The position numbers were made by a program, and so were the translations under genes. Source: Candidatus Krumholzibacteriota bacterium (GTDB taxonomy: Bacteria > Krumholzibacteriota > Krumholzibacteriia > JAJRXK01). Taken from it: a stretch of DNA of 64,000 bases. The notes beneath the pieces were generated by a model. It was not told the DNA's origin. It searched no databases and saw nothing but the letters and a program-made list of their open reading frames with translations. Within the stretch, counting starts at the first letter, position 1; the number at the start of each line of letters is the position of its first letter. Below are positions 27,625 through 36,815 of this stretch, piece by piece. The stretch lies in assembly GCA_963806035.1 (NCBI GenBank), contig CAWDWO010000031.1, positions 40,777 through 104,776 on the forward strand, in the 5' to 3' direction.

Positions 27625-30363
27625 CTAGCGAATGACGGTGAACTTGCCCACCACCCGATTGAACTTGTTATCATCGGATTCCACCGAGTACAGGTAGATT
27701 CCACTCACGATTTCCTGACCGTTACGCGATACCAGATTCCAGGACACCGAGCCATCGCCATCTCGGCCGTCGTGCGGGATTTCCGCCACGAGATCACCCG
27801 AAAGGGTGAAGATCTTCACCGTATTCTTCGATCTCGGCAGATTGCGGAATTCCACACGAACTCCGGTCGGGTCGTCGGCATTGGGAAACAGCTGACTGAA
27901 CTCGGAGAGCGATTGCCGCGTCGCCGGATTCGGTACCACGTAGATGTTGGCTCCATTCGCCTTGCGATCCTCCGGCGTCTGCGCGATCGACTTGGGCGAC
28001 GCAAAGGCGAAGTTGCTCTGGGGATCGCCCACCAGGCCGGGACCGGTCGGCACCAGTTCGTTGGGCTGGGACTGATCCACCGTGAAGTCTGATGCGGTGA
28101 CCGCGTAGAAGTAGTAGATCCCGTTGTGCACGTCCGTGTCGACGTATTCGTAAAACTCCACCGGCGGATCGAGCTTCGACCAGTAGAGGGTGTCGACCTG
28201 GTCGTAGCAGCAGTCCCAGTTCGCGAGCTGGGGATACGCCATTCCGATGTCGGTTACGGTGCCGTCCGCCTTGCGATAACGGAGCACCGTGCTCGGATTC
28301 AGCTTTTGCTTGTTCTCGTCCAGGATCTGATCGATCAGGGCCGCGAGATCCTTGTACTTCGCCGCTTCGTACGAGCCCGGCCGATTGACCAGGGGCGTAT
28401 AGCGAATGGGATCAAGTCCCGTATTGGCACCCAGGGGAAGCTTCTCCTTCACCTCGTCGCGGCCATTGCTGATCGAACGAGTCGTGGTGAAACTGTCGAC
28501 CAGGTCGTATTCGGCGATGAGCCGCCAGAGCTTCGATTCCGGCCCGTTTTCCACCGAAGAACCGTAGGGTCGGTCCCAGTTGTCCGCGCGCCAGATCCGG
28601 TAGGATTCGAAGTCCTTCTTCTGCAGGCGGACGTCGTTTTCCAGCTCGCTCTTGTTGTTGAAGAAGACATGCACGCGATTGCTCGTCTGCCACAGCCTCA
28701 TCGTGGGAGCTGAAGGCGCGAGTCCAACCAGCCAGGGCACCCGGTATTCCTTCCCCATGACCCCGGTGCAACCGGCGAGGTAAGCAGCGTCGACCCCCTC
28801 ACCATCCTGCAAGCAAGGGCTCTCGGTGAGACCCCGGAGATCCTGCCCCGTGCGCGCACGCTCGAAATCACAGTCGGCGTCGATGTAAATGCACCCGTCC
28901 TCGTCGAGGTCCTTGGGCTCGATGAAGACGGCCCTTCCCTGGGCGATGGTCAAACTATCGGTGCAGTCGACGAAGAGGCTGAAGATGGGGTTCGACGCGC
29001 CGCGGGGACCGAAATCGTCGATGCAGATCTTGGATTCGCGGCCCTTGATTCCAGTGTCACGATTTCCGTCGCGATCGAAATCGGCTCCGTAGTAGGTCAA
29101 AGCGGCCTGGACTGCGTTGCGGCGCATTCCCTCGAAGCCATCCCCGATCACGAAGGCGGCTTGGAACTGCAGACTCTCGGTGGGATCGAGTCCCGCGAAC
29201 GGTCCGGTCGCCAGGAGAATGCGGTAGTCGTTGCCTCGACCCTGCCCCGGCAGAGGGAAGCTGTCGATCGCTTTGCGCGACATCAGGTCATAGCGCTCGG
29301 AGTCGTTCGTGGGATCGCCCCCGCGGTCGAAGGTCGCGCTCCCGCTGAAGTTCTGGAACGAAGTGATCCCCACCTCTTTCGGCGCGGTTTCGCCGGTGGG
29401 ATCGGTATCGTGGTTGAGGAAGAACATGCCGAAGTAGCCCGGCGTGACGCCCTCGTCACCATCGGCATCATATTGATAGGCGATGGCGAGAGGGACATAC
29501 GAGCCGTCCTGGGCGCGAACCGTGCCCGACCAGAAGCCGGGCAGGTCGTCGTTGGCGATTTGCACGCCGCCGCGCGGACCGCAGTCGGGGTCGGCGAAGA
29601 AGCCCAGGAAGATGTCGTCCAGGGGCGCGACACCCGTATTGGTGATGGTGAACTGGAAGCCGATGAAGTCGTCGACCGCCTCGTCCTCCCACTGGAAAGT
29701 CTCCTGCACCACGTCGATGTGCAGGGGCTCGTGGTCGGGATAGGTCTCGATCGCCTGCGGGGAGTAGTCGGTATAGAGGCAGCGGAAATGCTGATTCCCG
29801 ATGGCCGCGAAGTCCTCGTCGATCTTCCCGTCGCCGTCGTCGTCCTTGCCGTTCTTGGGATCCTCGTTGACCAGGCCGTCCTTGTCGTCGTCGTAGTTCG
29901 GGTCGGGATAACGCGCGCCGCCGGGTTCACCCTGCTTCATGGTGTAGATCGTGGCGAGCGGATCCTGCGCATCGGGACGGAATTCGAGTTCGTACTGACC
30001 CGTGGATACCGCGGGCACTCCGTTCTTGATGGCGCCGAACCACAGACCGGCTGACCAGAGATAGTCCACGCCGCTTCCCGCGGGCCACATCATCGAAGGC
30101 GCGTCCGAGAAACTCTGGCGGGTTCCCGGCTGAGAGCCGATGAGTCCGAAGTTCGTGATGTTGAGCTGGGCCTGCCCCACGTTCATCACGAAGTTCCCCA
30201 GGATCGTATAGCTTCCCTGGGCGTCCTTCCCCAGCGAGGTGATCTCGGGGCCATCATACCTGGCCACCGCTACGTTGGCGCTGACCAGACCGCCGGCAAA
30301 CACCAAAAGGCAGACAACCCGACGCCACCAGTCGGTCTTTTCACGAGTGGCAAGGAACCACAT
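27625..30363 (-). CDS. Large secreted protein with T9SS-like/FlgD-Ig C-terminal sorting domain and DxDxDG Ca-binding motifs
   Basis: AAGGAGG RBS before ATG 30363; signal peptide; C-terminus IYVVPNP..FRNLP..VKIFTLSGDLV..WNLVSRNGQEIVSGIYLYSV..GKFTVIR. Confidence 0.82.
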   Translation of the reverse strand: MWFLATREKTDWWRRVVCLLVFAGGLVSANVAVARYDGPEITSLGKDAQGSYTILGNFVMNVGQAQLNITNFGLIGSQPGTRQSFSDAPSMMWPAGSGVDYLWSAGLWFGAIKNGVPAVSTGQYELEFRPDAQDPLATIYTMKQGEPGGARYPDPNYDDDKDGLVNEDPKNGKDDDGDGKIDEDFAAIGNQHFRCLYTDYSPQAIETYPDHEPLHIDVVQETFQWEDEAVDDFIGFQFTITNTGVAPLDDIFLGFFADPDCGPRGGVQIANDDLPGFWSGTVRAQDGSYVPLAIAYQYDADGDEGVTPGYFGMFFLNHDTDPTGETAPKEVGITSFQNFSGSATFDRGGDPTNDSERYDLMSRKAIDSFPLPGQGRGNDYRILLATGPFAGLDPTESLQFQAAFVIGDGFEGMRRNAVQAALTYYGADFDRDGNRDTGIKGRESKICIDDFGPRGASNPIFSLFVDCTDSLTIAQGRAVFIEPKDLDEDGCIYIDADCDFERARTGQDLRGLTESPCLQDGEGVDAAYLAGCTGVMGKEYRVPWLVGLAPSAPTMRLWQTSNRVHVFFNNKSELENDVRLQKKDFESYRIWRADNWDRPYGSSVENGPESKLWRLIAEYDLVDSFTTTRSISNGRDEVKEKLPLGANTGLDPIRYTPLVNRPGSYEAAKYKDLAALIDQILDENKQKLNPSTVLRYRKADGTVTDIGMAYPQLANWDCCYDQVDTLYWSKLDPPVEFYEYVDTDVHNGIYYFYAVTASDFTVDQSQPNELVPTGPGLVGDPQSNFAFASPKSIAQTPEDRKANGANIYVVPNPATRQSLSEFSQLFPNADDPTGVRVEFRNLPRSKNTVKIFTLSGDLVAEIPHDGRDGDGSVSWNLVSRNGQEIVSGIYLYSVESDDNKFNRVVGKFTVIR

Positions 30364-30398
30364 TCCCACAAGCCTCCTTCGGCGACCCTCTCGTCGAG

Positions 30399-33398
30399 CT
30401 AGAATTGCCATCCGATACCCACGCGGAAGATGCGGTGTTGCTGGAACACACGCGGATCGTTGACCGGGACGTAGTCGTTCCGGCCGCTGCCGTCCACGTC
30501 GTAGAGGAGCGCCCCGCCGTACTTGCCGGTATCGGTCAGGTAAGGCGTATACGCGACCTGTGCGTTCGGGGCGACCGGTGCCACGAACGGCGCCTCCGTG
30601 GTCACGACGTCTTGATTGATCAGGTTGAGGCCCTGGAGAAAGAGCGTCACCTTTTGGCCGTACATGTTCACGTGCCGCTCGGCCTGCAGACTCAAGTCAT
30701 ACTCGTCGGGGTGCCGGCGGCTGTTCTCCAGTAGGGGGTCGACCTTCTTCTCGAAGCGGAAGACCGGAGTCCAGGGGAAGCCGGTTCCGTAGTCGAAAGT
30801 CATACTGGCCGCCCAGACATCCGGCTCCTGGACGCGCAGTCCCAAGTGCAAACTGTGGCGCCGGTCCCAGTTGAGCGGCAGCTCCTGGTTGGGAATGAAC
30901 TGCAGGCCCTCGGGATTCGAGCCGAAGGTCTGATCACTCGCAACCCCGTCGGCGAAGGCGAATGTGTAGGCCAGCTTCATGCTCCAGCGGTTGCTGTAGC
31001 GCTTGTCCAGAGTGAACTCGACACCACGCGCGTTCGCGAAGGCTTTGTTCACGTAGCGGCGCAGGGTGTTTCCCGTGGTCTCGTCGGTCACCGTGGTGGT
31101 GGCGACGAGCCCGTAGATGTCCTTCCAGTACACCACCATCTGCCCGGCCAGGTAGTCGTTGAACTGGCGCCGGATTCCGGCCTGGTAAGCGATCGTGAGC
31201 ATGGACTCCAGATTGGGGTTCCCCAGGGAGCCCTGGTTCCCGATGGGATCCTGGCTCGCGAAGAGCACGTCGCGCTCGGGGAACTGAATGAAGCGCCCAT
31301 AATGGAAGTGGAAGGCATCGCGGTCGGTGATGGGGAACGCGAAGCCGATGCGCGGACTGAACGCGGTCTTGTATTTCAAGACGTTGCGATCCACGCCTTC
31401 GTTGCTCAGCAAAATGTTCGCGGCGGAGCCGGGAGAGAACATGTCCCAGCGGAAACCGCCGTTGACTACCATACCCTCGTGCTCCCAGCGGTCCTGCAGA
31501 TAGTAGGAAGCCTCGGGGTTGAAGCTGTGGAACACGTTGCGGTTGCTACCCTGCGAGTACTCTCCGGTTAACCGATCCAAACGCTCCACCGCCGGGCTGG
31601 TCAGGCTCTTGTCCCGCAGATCGTTGTAGAGAACCTTGAACCCGCTCTTGATCTTGTGACCCTTGTAACGGGTGCTGGTGATGTCGAACTTCGAGGTGTA
31701 CTGGACCGTCTTCTGGTCGCGGAACACGTAGTAGTCGCCCGAGGTGACCAGGAAGGGATTGTCCTGATCGGTGGCAAAGTCGGTACTGATCTGATACGAC
31801 GGCTGGGTGTCGAAGAAAGTCCCGGCCCCGTCGATGCCCCCGTGGTTGAACTCGTAGGGCAAGAGATCACCGGCCACCGAATTGAAGCGATTGAACTCCA
31901 GGCGCGCGAGGCGGAGAGTGTAGAAGTCCGTGTCGTTGAGCGCGTGGCGCCACACGATTTTCGCCTGGGTACTCCAGCGCTTGGACTCGGGTCCCCGGTT
32001 GGCCGAGTTGAAGTCCACGTAGGAGGAGTCCTCCTGCACGGTGGAGAACCGGGACACCGGGTACTGGAAGCCCTCGAACTGAGGCTGCGCGGCCGCGAGG
32101 AAGGTGCTTCCCCTGGTGTCGCGCAACTGCAGCACCGGCATCGGCTCGTAGAACGTGCCCTCGCCGCGGTCGACCGCCACGCGCACCGTGTGCGCCAGAC
32201 GCTGCATGTTCTGCACCCACGGCCCGTAGTAGACGCGGCGGGTGCGGCCGGTAAAGCGGTAGCTCCCGGAGACCGATTCGATCTCGGGCATGGTGAGAAC
32301 TTTCTGCGCGTAACCCTGGACGTCCCAGTTGGGCAGATAGGGATCACTGCGGGTGAAGTTCGTGGTGATCTCGGCCGTGATCTTGCGCGCGCCCGCTTCG
32401 TCGAACTTGTAGGCCAGCTTGAGCGAGCCACGTCCCTGATTGGTCTGCCGGCGGCGCCACTTCCAGAGCGTTACTCCCAGCAACTTGACTTCGCTCTCGG
32501 GCCGATAGGCGCGGTTGTAGTTTTCGTTGTCCGAGAACGAGAGGTCGCCATTGACGAAGTAGGTGAGCCGCGGAATGCCGGTGGGTCCGCCAAAGGCGAA
32601 CTCGAAGCGGTCGAAATTGGTGTAAGTGCGATCCTGGCGTCCGAAGTCGTCGGTGAGATAGCGGAAGCGCGCCTCGAACTTGTCTCCACCCTCGCGAGTG
32701 GTGACGTTCACCACTCCGGACAGCGCGTTTCCGTACTCGGGATCCTGTCCACCGGTCACGGTCTCGACGTTGGCGACACCGAGGCTACCCACACCCATCG
32801 ACCCTCCGCCGAGGGGGTCATCCACCGCCACGCCGTCGATGCGGAAGGAGAGCTCACCGGAACGGCCGCCGCGCACGTAGAGTTCGCCGCCGCGAGCCAC
32901 GATTCCCGCCTGCTGGGCCACGGCTTCCTCGACCGAGTCCACCGCGTAGTCGGTGAGATCCTCACTGTGCACGGTCTGGGTGAATTCGGTCTCCTTCACC
33001 TCGACCATGACGGCCTGCCCCTCGACGACGAATTCGTCGAAGGTCTTCACCACGGTGACTTCCAGGTTGAAATCCAGGTTCGTGGACTTGCCGGCCACGA
33101 CGGTCACCGGCTGGGTGACCTTCTTGTAGCCGAGATAGAGAATGCTGATGGTGTAGTTTCCGGCCGGCAGATCGCGCAGGAAGAAGCGTCCGCCTCCCAG
33201 TGACATGGTTCCCCACTGCGACTTGTCGCTGTCCCGCGTCACCACCACGTTGGCGTAGTCCAGAAGTTCCCCGGTTTCCCCATTGCGGATGGTACCCGAG
33301 ATTCCTCCCGTTTTCTGTGCATGGGCGGGAACGGCGCATACCAAGAGCACGAGAGCAAGGACGAGTGACGACCCGCGACCGAGTGACCGATGTAACAT
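30399..33398 (-). CDS. TonB-dependent receptor with N-terminal carboxypeptidase-regulatory-like domain
   Basis: AGGAG RBS and signal peptide; GGISGTI..LPAGNYTI; plug YVRGGRSGE..TGGQDPEYGNALSGVVNVTT; FSPRIGFAFPI; GNPNL; terminal GIGWQF. Confidence 0.95.
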   Translation of the reverse strand: MLHRSLGRGSSLVLALVLLVCAVPAHAQKTGGISGTIRNGETGELLDYANVVVTRDSDKSQWGTMSLGGGRFFLRDLPAGNYTISILYLGYKKVTQPVTVVAGKSTNLDFNLEVTVVKTFDEFVVEGQAVMVEVKETEFTQTVHSEDLTDYAVDSVEEAVAQQAGIVARGGELYVRGGRSGELSFRIDGVAVDDPLGGGSMGVGSLGVANVETVTGGQDPEYGNALSGVVNVTTREGGDKFEARFRYLTDDFGRQDRTYTNFDRFEFAFGGPTGIPRLTYFVNGDLSFSDNENYNRAYRPESEVKLLGVTLWKWRRRQTNQGRGSLKLAYKFDEAGARKITAEITTNFTRSDPYLPNWDVQGYAQKVLTMPEIESVSGSYRFTGRTRRVYYGPWVQNMQRLAHTVRVAVDRGEGTFYEPMPVLQLRDTRGSTFLAAAQPQFEGFQYPVSRFSTVQEDSSYVDFNSANRGPESKRWSTQAKIVWRHALNDTDFYTLRLARLEFNRFNSVAGDLLPYEFNHGGIDGAGTFFDTQPSYQISTDFATDQDNPFLVTSGDYYVFRDQKTVQYTSKFDITSTRYKGHKIKSGFKVLYNDLRDKSLTSPAVERLDRLTGEYSQGSNRNVFHSFNPEASYYLQDRWEHEGMVVNGGFRWDMFSPGSAANILLSNEGVDRNVLKYKTAFSPRIGFAFPITDRDAFHFHYGRFIQFPERDVLFASQDPIGNQGSLGNPNLESMLTIAYQAGIRRQFNDYLAGQMVVYWKDIYGLVATTTVTDETTGNTLRRYVNKAFANARGVEFTLDKRYSNRWSMKLAYTFAFADGVASDQTFGSNPEGLQFIPNQELPLNWDRRHSLHLGLRVQEPDVWAASMTFDYGTGFPWTPVFRFEKKVDPLLENSRRHPDEYDLSLQAERHVNMYGQKVTLFLQGLNLINQDVVTTEAPFVAPVAPNAQVAYTPYLTDTGKYGGALLYDVDGSGRNDYVPVNDPRVFQQHRIFRVGIGWQF

Positions 33399-33711
33399 GA
33401 CGGTACTCCTTGCTGTTCTCTCGCGAGAGAACAACTCCACAGTCCAGCGTGGGGATGCGCCACACACCCCGGCACACGACCCATTCGACTCGATAGCGCG
33501 CTAGGCTGACGCGCTGACACCCGGGCCGGTGCGGGTGCGAAACACATAGAGCGGGGTTGAACTTGACGACACCCCTGATCCGCGGCTCCACCTGAAGGAT
33601 CCGGCTGAGTGGAGCTTCCACCCGTGAATCCCAAGCACGAGCCGGGCACGAAAGGCCCGGCAGGTCCAGGGGATCAGGGAAAGCCGCGACATCAGGCACC
33701 TCTGATGTGAC
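33399..33711 (-). promoter_or_regulatory. ~310-nt structured 5' leader of the TBDR operon (candidate cis-regulatory RNA)
   Basis: Several nested stems plus a perfect 20-bp palindrome TGTTCTCTCGCGAGAGAACA (33414-33433) next to the RBS. Confidence 0.5.
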
Positions 33712-33717
33712 GTGCGA

Positions 33718-33746
33718 AATATACGGGGCGGGTGGAATCGAGTCAA
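33718..33746 (-). promoter_or_regulatory. sigma70 promoter of the TBDR operon
   Basis: TTGACT (33746-33741), 17 bp spacer, TATATT (33723-33718). Confidence 0.7.
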
Positions 33747-33781
33747 CCCGCGGATGGCGAGCTAAGCTCTTACAGGACACT

Positions 33782-34792
33782 CTATTGGGACATTGGCGAG
33801 GAGGGTGGGGAGTCGTAGATCCAACACGCGACGCGGTGAGACCCTTCATGTGAGGACAGTTCGGGCCGCAAACGCGCGCATTCGGCACGAAACTCGCGGC
33901 AACGCGGATGAAACGGGCATCCCCCCGGACGCTCGCTGAGGCGCGGCGCATCCCCCTCCACCGGCGCCGTCTTCGCGGCCATGCCACCTTTCAGACGCGG
34001 CGCCGCCGCCAGCAAGGCGCGGGTGTAAGGGTGGAGTGGATCGCGGAGCACCTCTTCGGTCTTTCCCTCCTCGACGATACGTCCCGCGTACATCACCGCC
34101 ACGCGATGGCTCATGTGCTGCACCACCGATAGATCGTGCGCGATGAAGAGGTAGCCCAGGTTCATCTCCTCCTGGAGATCTTGGAGCAAATTCAGAATCT
34201 GGGCCTGCACGCTCAGGTCCAGCGCGGACACCGGTTCGTCGGCGATGACCAGCTCGGGGCTCAGGATGAGGGCGCGCGCGATCCCCACTCGCTGGCGCTG
34301 CCCTCCGCTGAATTCGTGCGGATAGCGGCGCGCGTGTTCCGCGCTGAGCCCCACTCTCTCGAGCATGGAGGCCACCTTCTCGTGGCGCTCGCCGCTTTCG
34401 CCCATTCCATGCACGAGCAAGGCCTCGTCGAGGGTCTGCCCTACGGTGAGTCGGGGATTCAGGCTGCCGTAGGGATCCTGGAAGACGATCTGCATGTGGC
34501 GGCGGAAACGGCGCAACTCGCGCCCGGAGAGCGCGCGCACGTCCACCCCCTTCACTTCGATTCTGCCCGCGGTGGCATCGATGAGCCGCAGAATACAGCG
34601 GGCCGTCGTGCTCTTGCCGCAACCGGACTCCCCCACCAGACCCAGGGTCTCGCCCGCCTTCAAGCTCAAGTCGATGCCCTCGACCGCGCGCAGAGTCTGA
34701 CGCTTCGCGAGGAACAGCGATCGGGGCGGCTCGAAGTGCTTCGTAAGACCTCTCACCCGCAACAGAGGGGTCTTTTCAACTGGCTCGTGCAT
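33782..34792 (-). CDS. oppF: Oligo/dipeptide ABC transporter ATPase (OppF/DppF)
   Basis: [48 protein letters not shown]. Confidence 0.93.
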   Translation of the reverse strand: MHEPVEKTPLLRVRGLTKHFEPPRSLFLAKRQTLRAVEGIDLSLKAGETLGLVGESGCGKSTTARCILRLIDATAGRIEVKGVDVRALSGRELRRFRRHMQIVFQDPYGSLNPRLTVGQTLDEALLVHGMGESGERHEKVASMLERVGLSAEHARRYPHEFSGGQRQRVGIARALILSPELVIADEPVSALDLSVQAQILNLLQDLQEEMNLGYLFIAHDLSVVQHMSHRVAVMYAGRIVEEGKTEEVLRDPLHPYTRALLAAAPRLKGGMAAKTAPVEGDAPRLSERPGGCPFHPRCREFRAECARLRPELSSHEGSHRVACWIYDSPPSSPMSQ

Positions 34793-35786
34793 CGGGCCAC
34801 CTCCCCTCCTGCAAGACCCGCTCTGACTCGAAGCAAGCTGCCTCATGTCCCTCGGCCACCGCGCTCAAGGGGGGTGCTTCCTCCCGGCAGCGATCCCGGG
34901 CGAAGGGACAACGCGGGGCGAATCGGCATCCCCCGCTTCGCTCCCTCGGATCGGGGACGTTCCCGCCGATCACGCGCAGACGCCCCGAGGGCAGGGCCGA
35001 TTCGGGCCGGCAGGCCAGAAGTCCCAGGGTGTAGGGATGGGCCGGCCGTTCGAAAATTCGCGCCGCCGGTCCCACTTCCGCCAGGCGCCCGGCATACATG
35101 ACCGCCACCTCGTGCGCGCTCTCGGCCAGTACCGCCAGATCGTGCGTGATGTGGAGCAGGCTCATGCCCATCTCCGACTGTAGAGAGTCCAGGAGCCGCA
35201 GAATCTGCTGTTGGATGGTGAGATCGAGAGCGGTAGTCGGTTCGTCGGCGATCAGAAGACGCGGTCGGCAGGCGATGGCCATGGCGATCATCACGCGCTG
35301 CCGCATTCCTCCCGAGAGCTGATGCGGGTAGTCGTCCACCCTCCGTGCCGGCTCGGGGATTCCCACCGCATGCAAGAGTTCGATCGCGCGGCTGCGCGCC
35401 GCCTTGCGCGAGAGTCCCTCGTGGAGCCGCAGCACCTCGGCCACTTGCTCGCCGCAGGGGTAAACCGGGTTGAGGCTCGTCATGGGCTCCTGGAAGACCA
35501 TGCCGATCTCCTTGCCCCGGATACGGCGCAACTGCGAATCGTCGAGTTTCAAGAGGTCCTTTCCGGCAAAGAGCACGCTCCCACCGAGGATTCTCCCCGA
35601 TGGCGCCGGCAAGAGACGCAGAATCGACAGAGCCAGGGCACTCTTGCCACAACCCGATTCCCCGACCAGACCGAGGGTAGTGCCCGCGCGCACGCGCAGA
35701 CTCACTCCATCGACCGCGATCGCCGGAGCATCCTCGCCGAGGAAAGCGGTCCGCAGGTTCCTTAGTTCCAGCAGTGTCTCGTTCAT
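34776..35786 (-). CDS. oppD: Oligo/dipeptide ABC transporter ATPase (OppD/DppD)
   Basis: [38 protein letters not shown]. Confidence 0.94.
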   Translation of the reverse strand: MNETLLELRNLRTAFLGEDAPAIAVDGVSLRVRAGTTLGLVGESGCGKSALALSILRLLPAPSGRILGGSVLFAGKDLLKLDDSQLRRIRGKEIGMVFQEPMTSLNPVYPCGEQVAEVLRLHEGLSRKAARSRAIELLHAVGIPEPARRVDDYPHQLSGGMRQRVMIAMAIACRPRLLIADEPTTALDLTIQQQILRLLDSLQSEMGMSLLHITHDLAVLAESAHEVAVMYAGRLAEVGPAARIFERPAHPYTLGLLACRPESALPSGRLRVIGGNVPDPRERSGGCRFAPRCPFARDRCREEAPPLSAVAEGHEAACFESERVLQEGRWPDARAS

Positions 35787-36814
35787 GGTCTCGAACTCGT
35801 TTTCACGATCAGGCGCGGATCGTTGAGATCACGCAGACCGTCACCCAGCAAGTTGAACCCGATGACGGTCGCGGTGATGGCCAGCCCAGGAAAGGTCGAG
35901 ATCCACCAGGCCGTCAAGAGGGTATCGCGGCCCTGGCCGATCAGCTGTCCCCAACTCACCGCGGGCGGTTGAACCCCCAGCCCCAAAAAGCTCAGAAAGC
36001 TCTCGGCCAGGATGGCGTTGCCCACCCTCAGGGTGGCGGCCACGATGACCGGAGCCATTGCCGCGGGAAGCACGTGCCGCACGAGCAGACGCGGACGCGG
36101 AATTCCCAGGGCCCGACCGGCCTCGACGAAGTCCATCCCCTTGACCTGGAGCACTCCACCGCGGACCACCCGCGCCACCCCCATCCAGCCGGTGGTGCCC
36201 AGGACCAGAACCACCAGCCAGGTCGAGGGGGAAAAAACCGCCATCAGGGCCAGGATGAGAAAGAGCCGCGGAAAGGCGAGCATGAAGTCGGTGAAGCGCA
36301 TGAGAATACTGTCGACCACACCTCCCAGGAAACCAGCCGCGGATCCCACCAAGAGCCCGATGAGGACCGAAGTGACGACGCTGGCCACCCCGATGAAGAG
36401 GGAGATGCGGGCGCCGAAGACCACCCGGCTGAACAGATCCCGTCCCAGAAGATCGGTCCCCATCAGGTGCTGCGCCGAGGGGGGCAGAAAGCGGGAGACG
36501 ACCGGGGTTCCCAGCGCGGTGGGATCGTAGGGAGCGAGCAAGGGGGCCAGAAGTGCCACCAGCAGAAGAAAGGCGATGAGGAGGATGCCGGCTTTGGCCG
36601 ATGCGTCGGCCCAGGCCTTGGTCCACCAGCTGCGCGGATCGGGCCCGGGAGCGAAGAGCACGAGCAGAGCCAGAACCAGGGAACACCAGGAGGCGATCGC
36701 GCCGTCCGCTCCTCCCCCGCGACCGTTCAACCAGTCGTAGGCCATGGGCCCCTTGAGCAAGAGCGGAAGAAAGACGAGGAACGAAGGCAGGATTCTGCGC
36801 GCAGCTCTTGGCAT
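35783..36814 (-). CDS. oppC: Peptide ABC transporter permease (OppC/DppC)
   Basis: GTDLLGRDLFSR, FVEAGRALG, ESFLSFLGLG, FNLLGDGLRD. Confidence 0.92.
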   Translation of the reverse strand: MPRAARRILPSFLVFLPLLLKGPMAYDWLNGRGGGADGAIASWCSLVLALLVLFAPGPDPRSWWTKAWADASAKAGILLIAFLLLVALLAPLLAPYDPTALGTPVVSRFLPPSAQHLMGTDLLGRDLFSRVVFGARISLFIGVASVVTSVLIGLLVGSAAGFLGGVVDSILMRFTDFMLAFPRLFLILALMAVFSPSTWLVVLVLGTTGWMGVARVVRGGVLQVKGMDFVEAGRALGIPRPRLLVRHVLPAAMAPVIVAATLRVGNAILAESFLSFLGLGVQPPAVSWGQLIGQGRDTLLTAWWISTFPGLAITATVIGFNLLGDGLRDLNDPRLIVKTSSRP

Positions 36815-36815
36815 C

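Noticed and set aside
33399..33711. Cobalamin riboswitch upstream of the TBDR
   Set aside because: Only a GACCTGCC fragment resembles it; core elements were not found in order by eye. An Rfam scan would be decisive.
32962..33987. 341-aa and smaller ORFs across the TBDR leader
   Set aside because: Overlap oppF and the TBDR in other frames, Arg/Pro-rich composition, no RBS or motifs.
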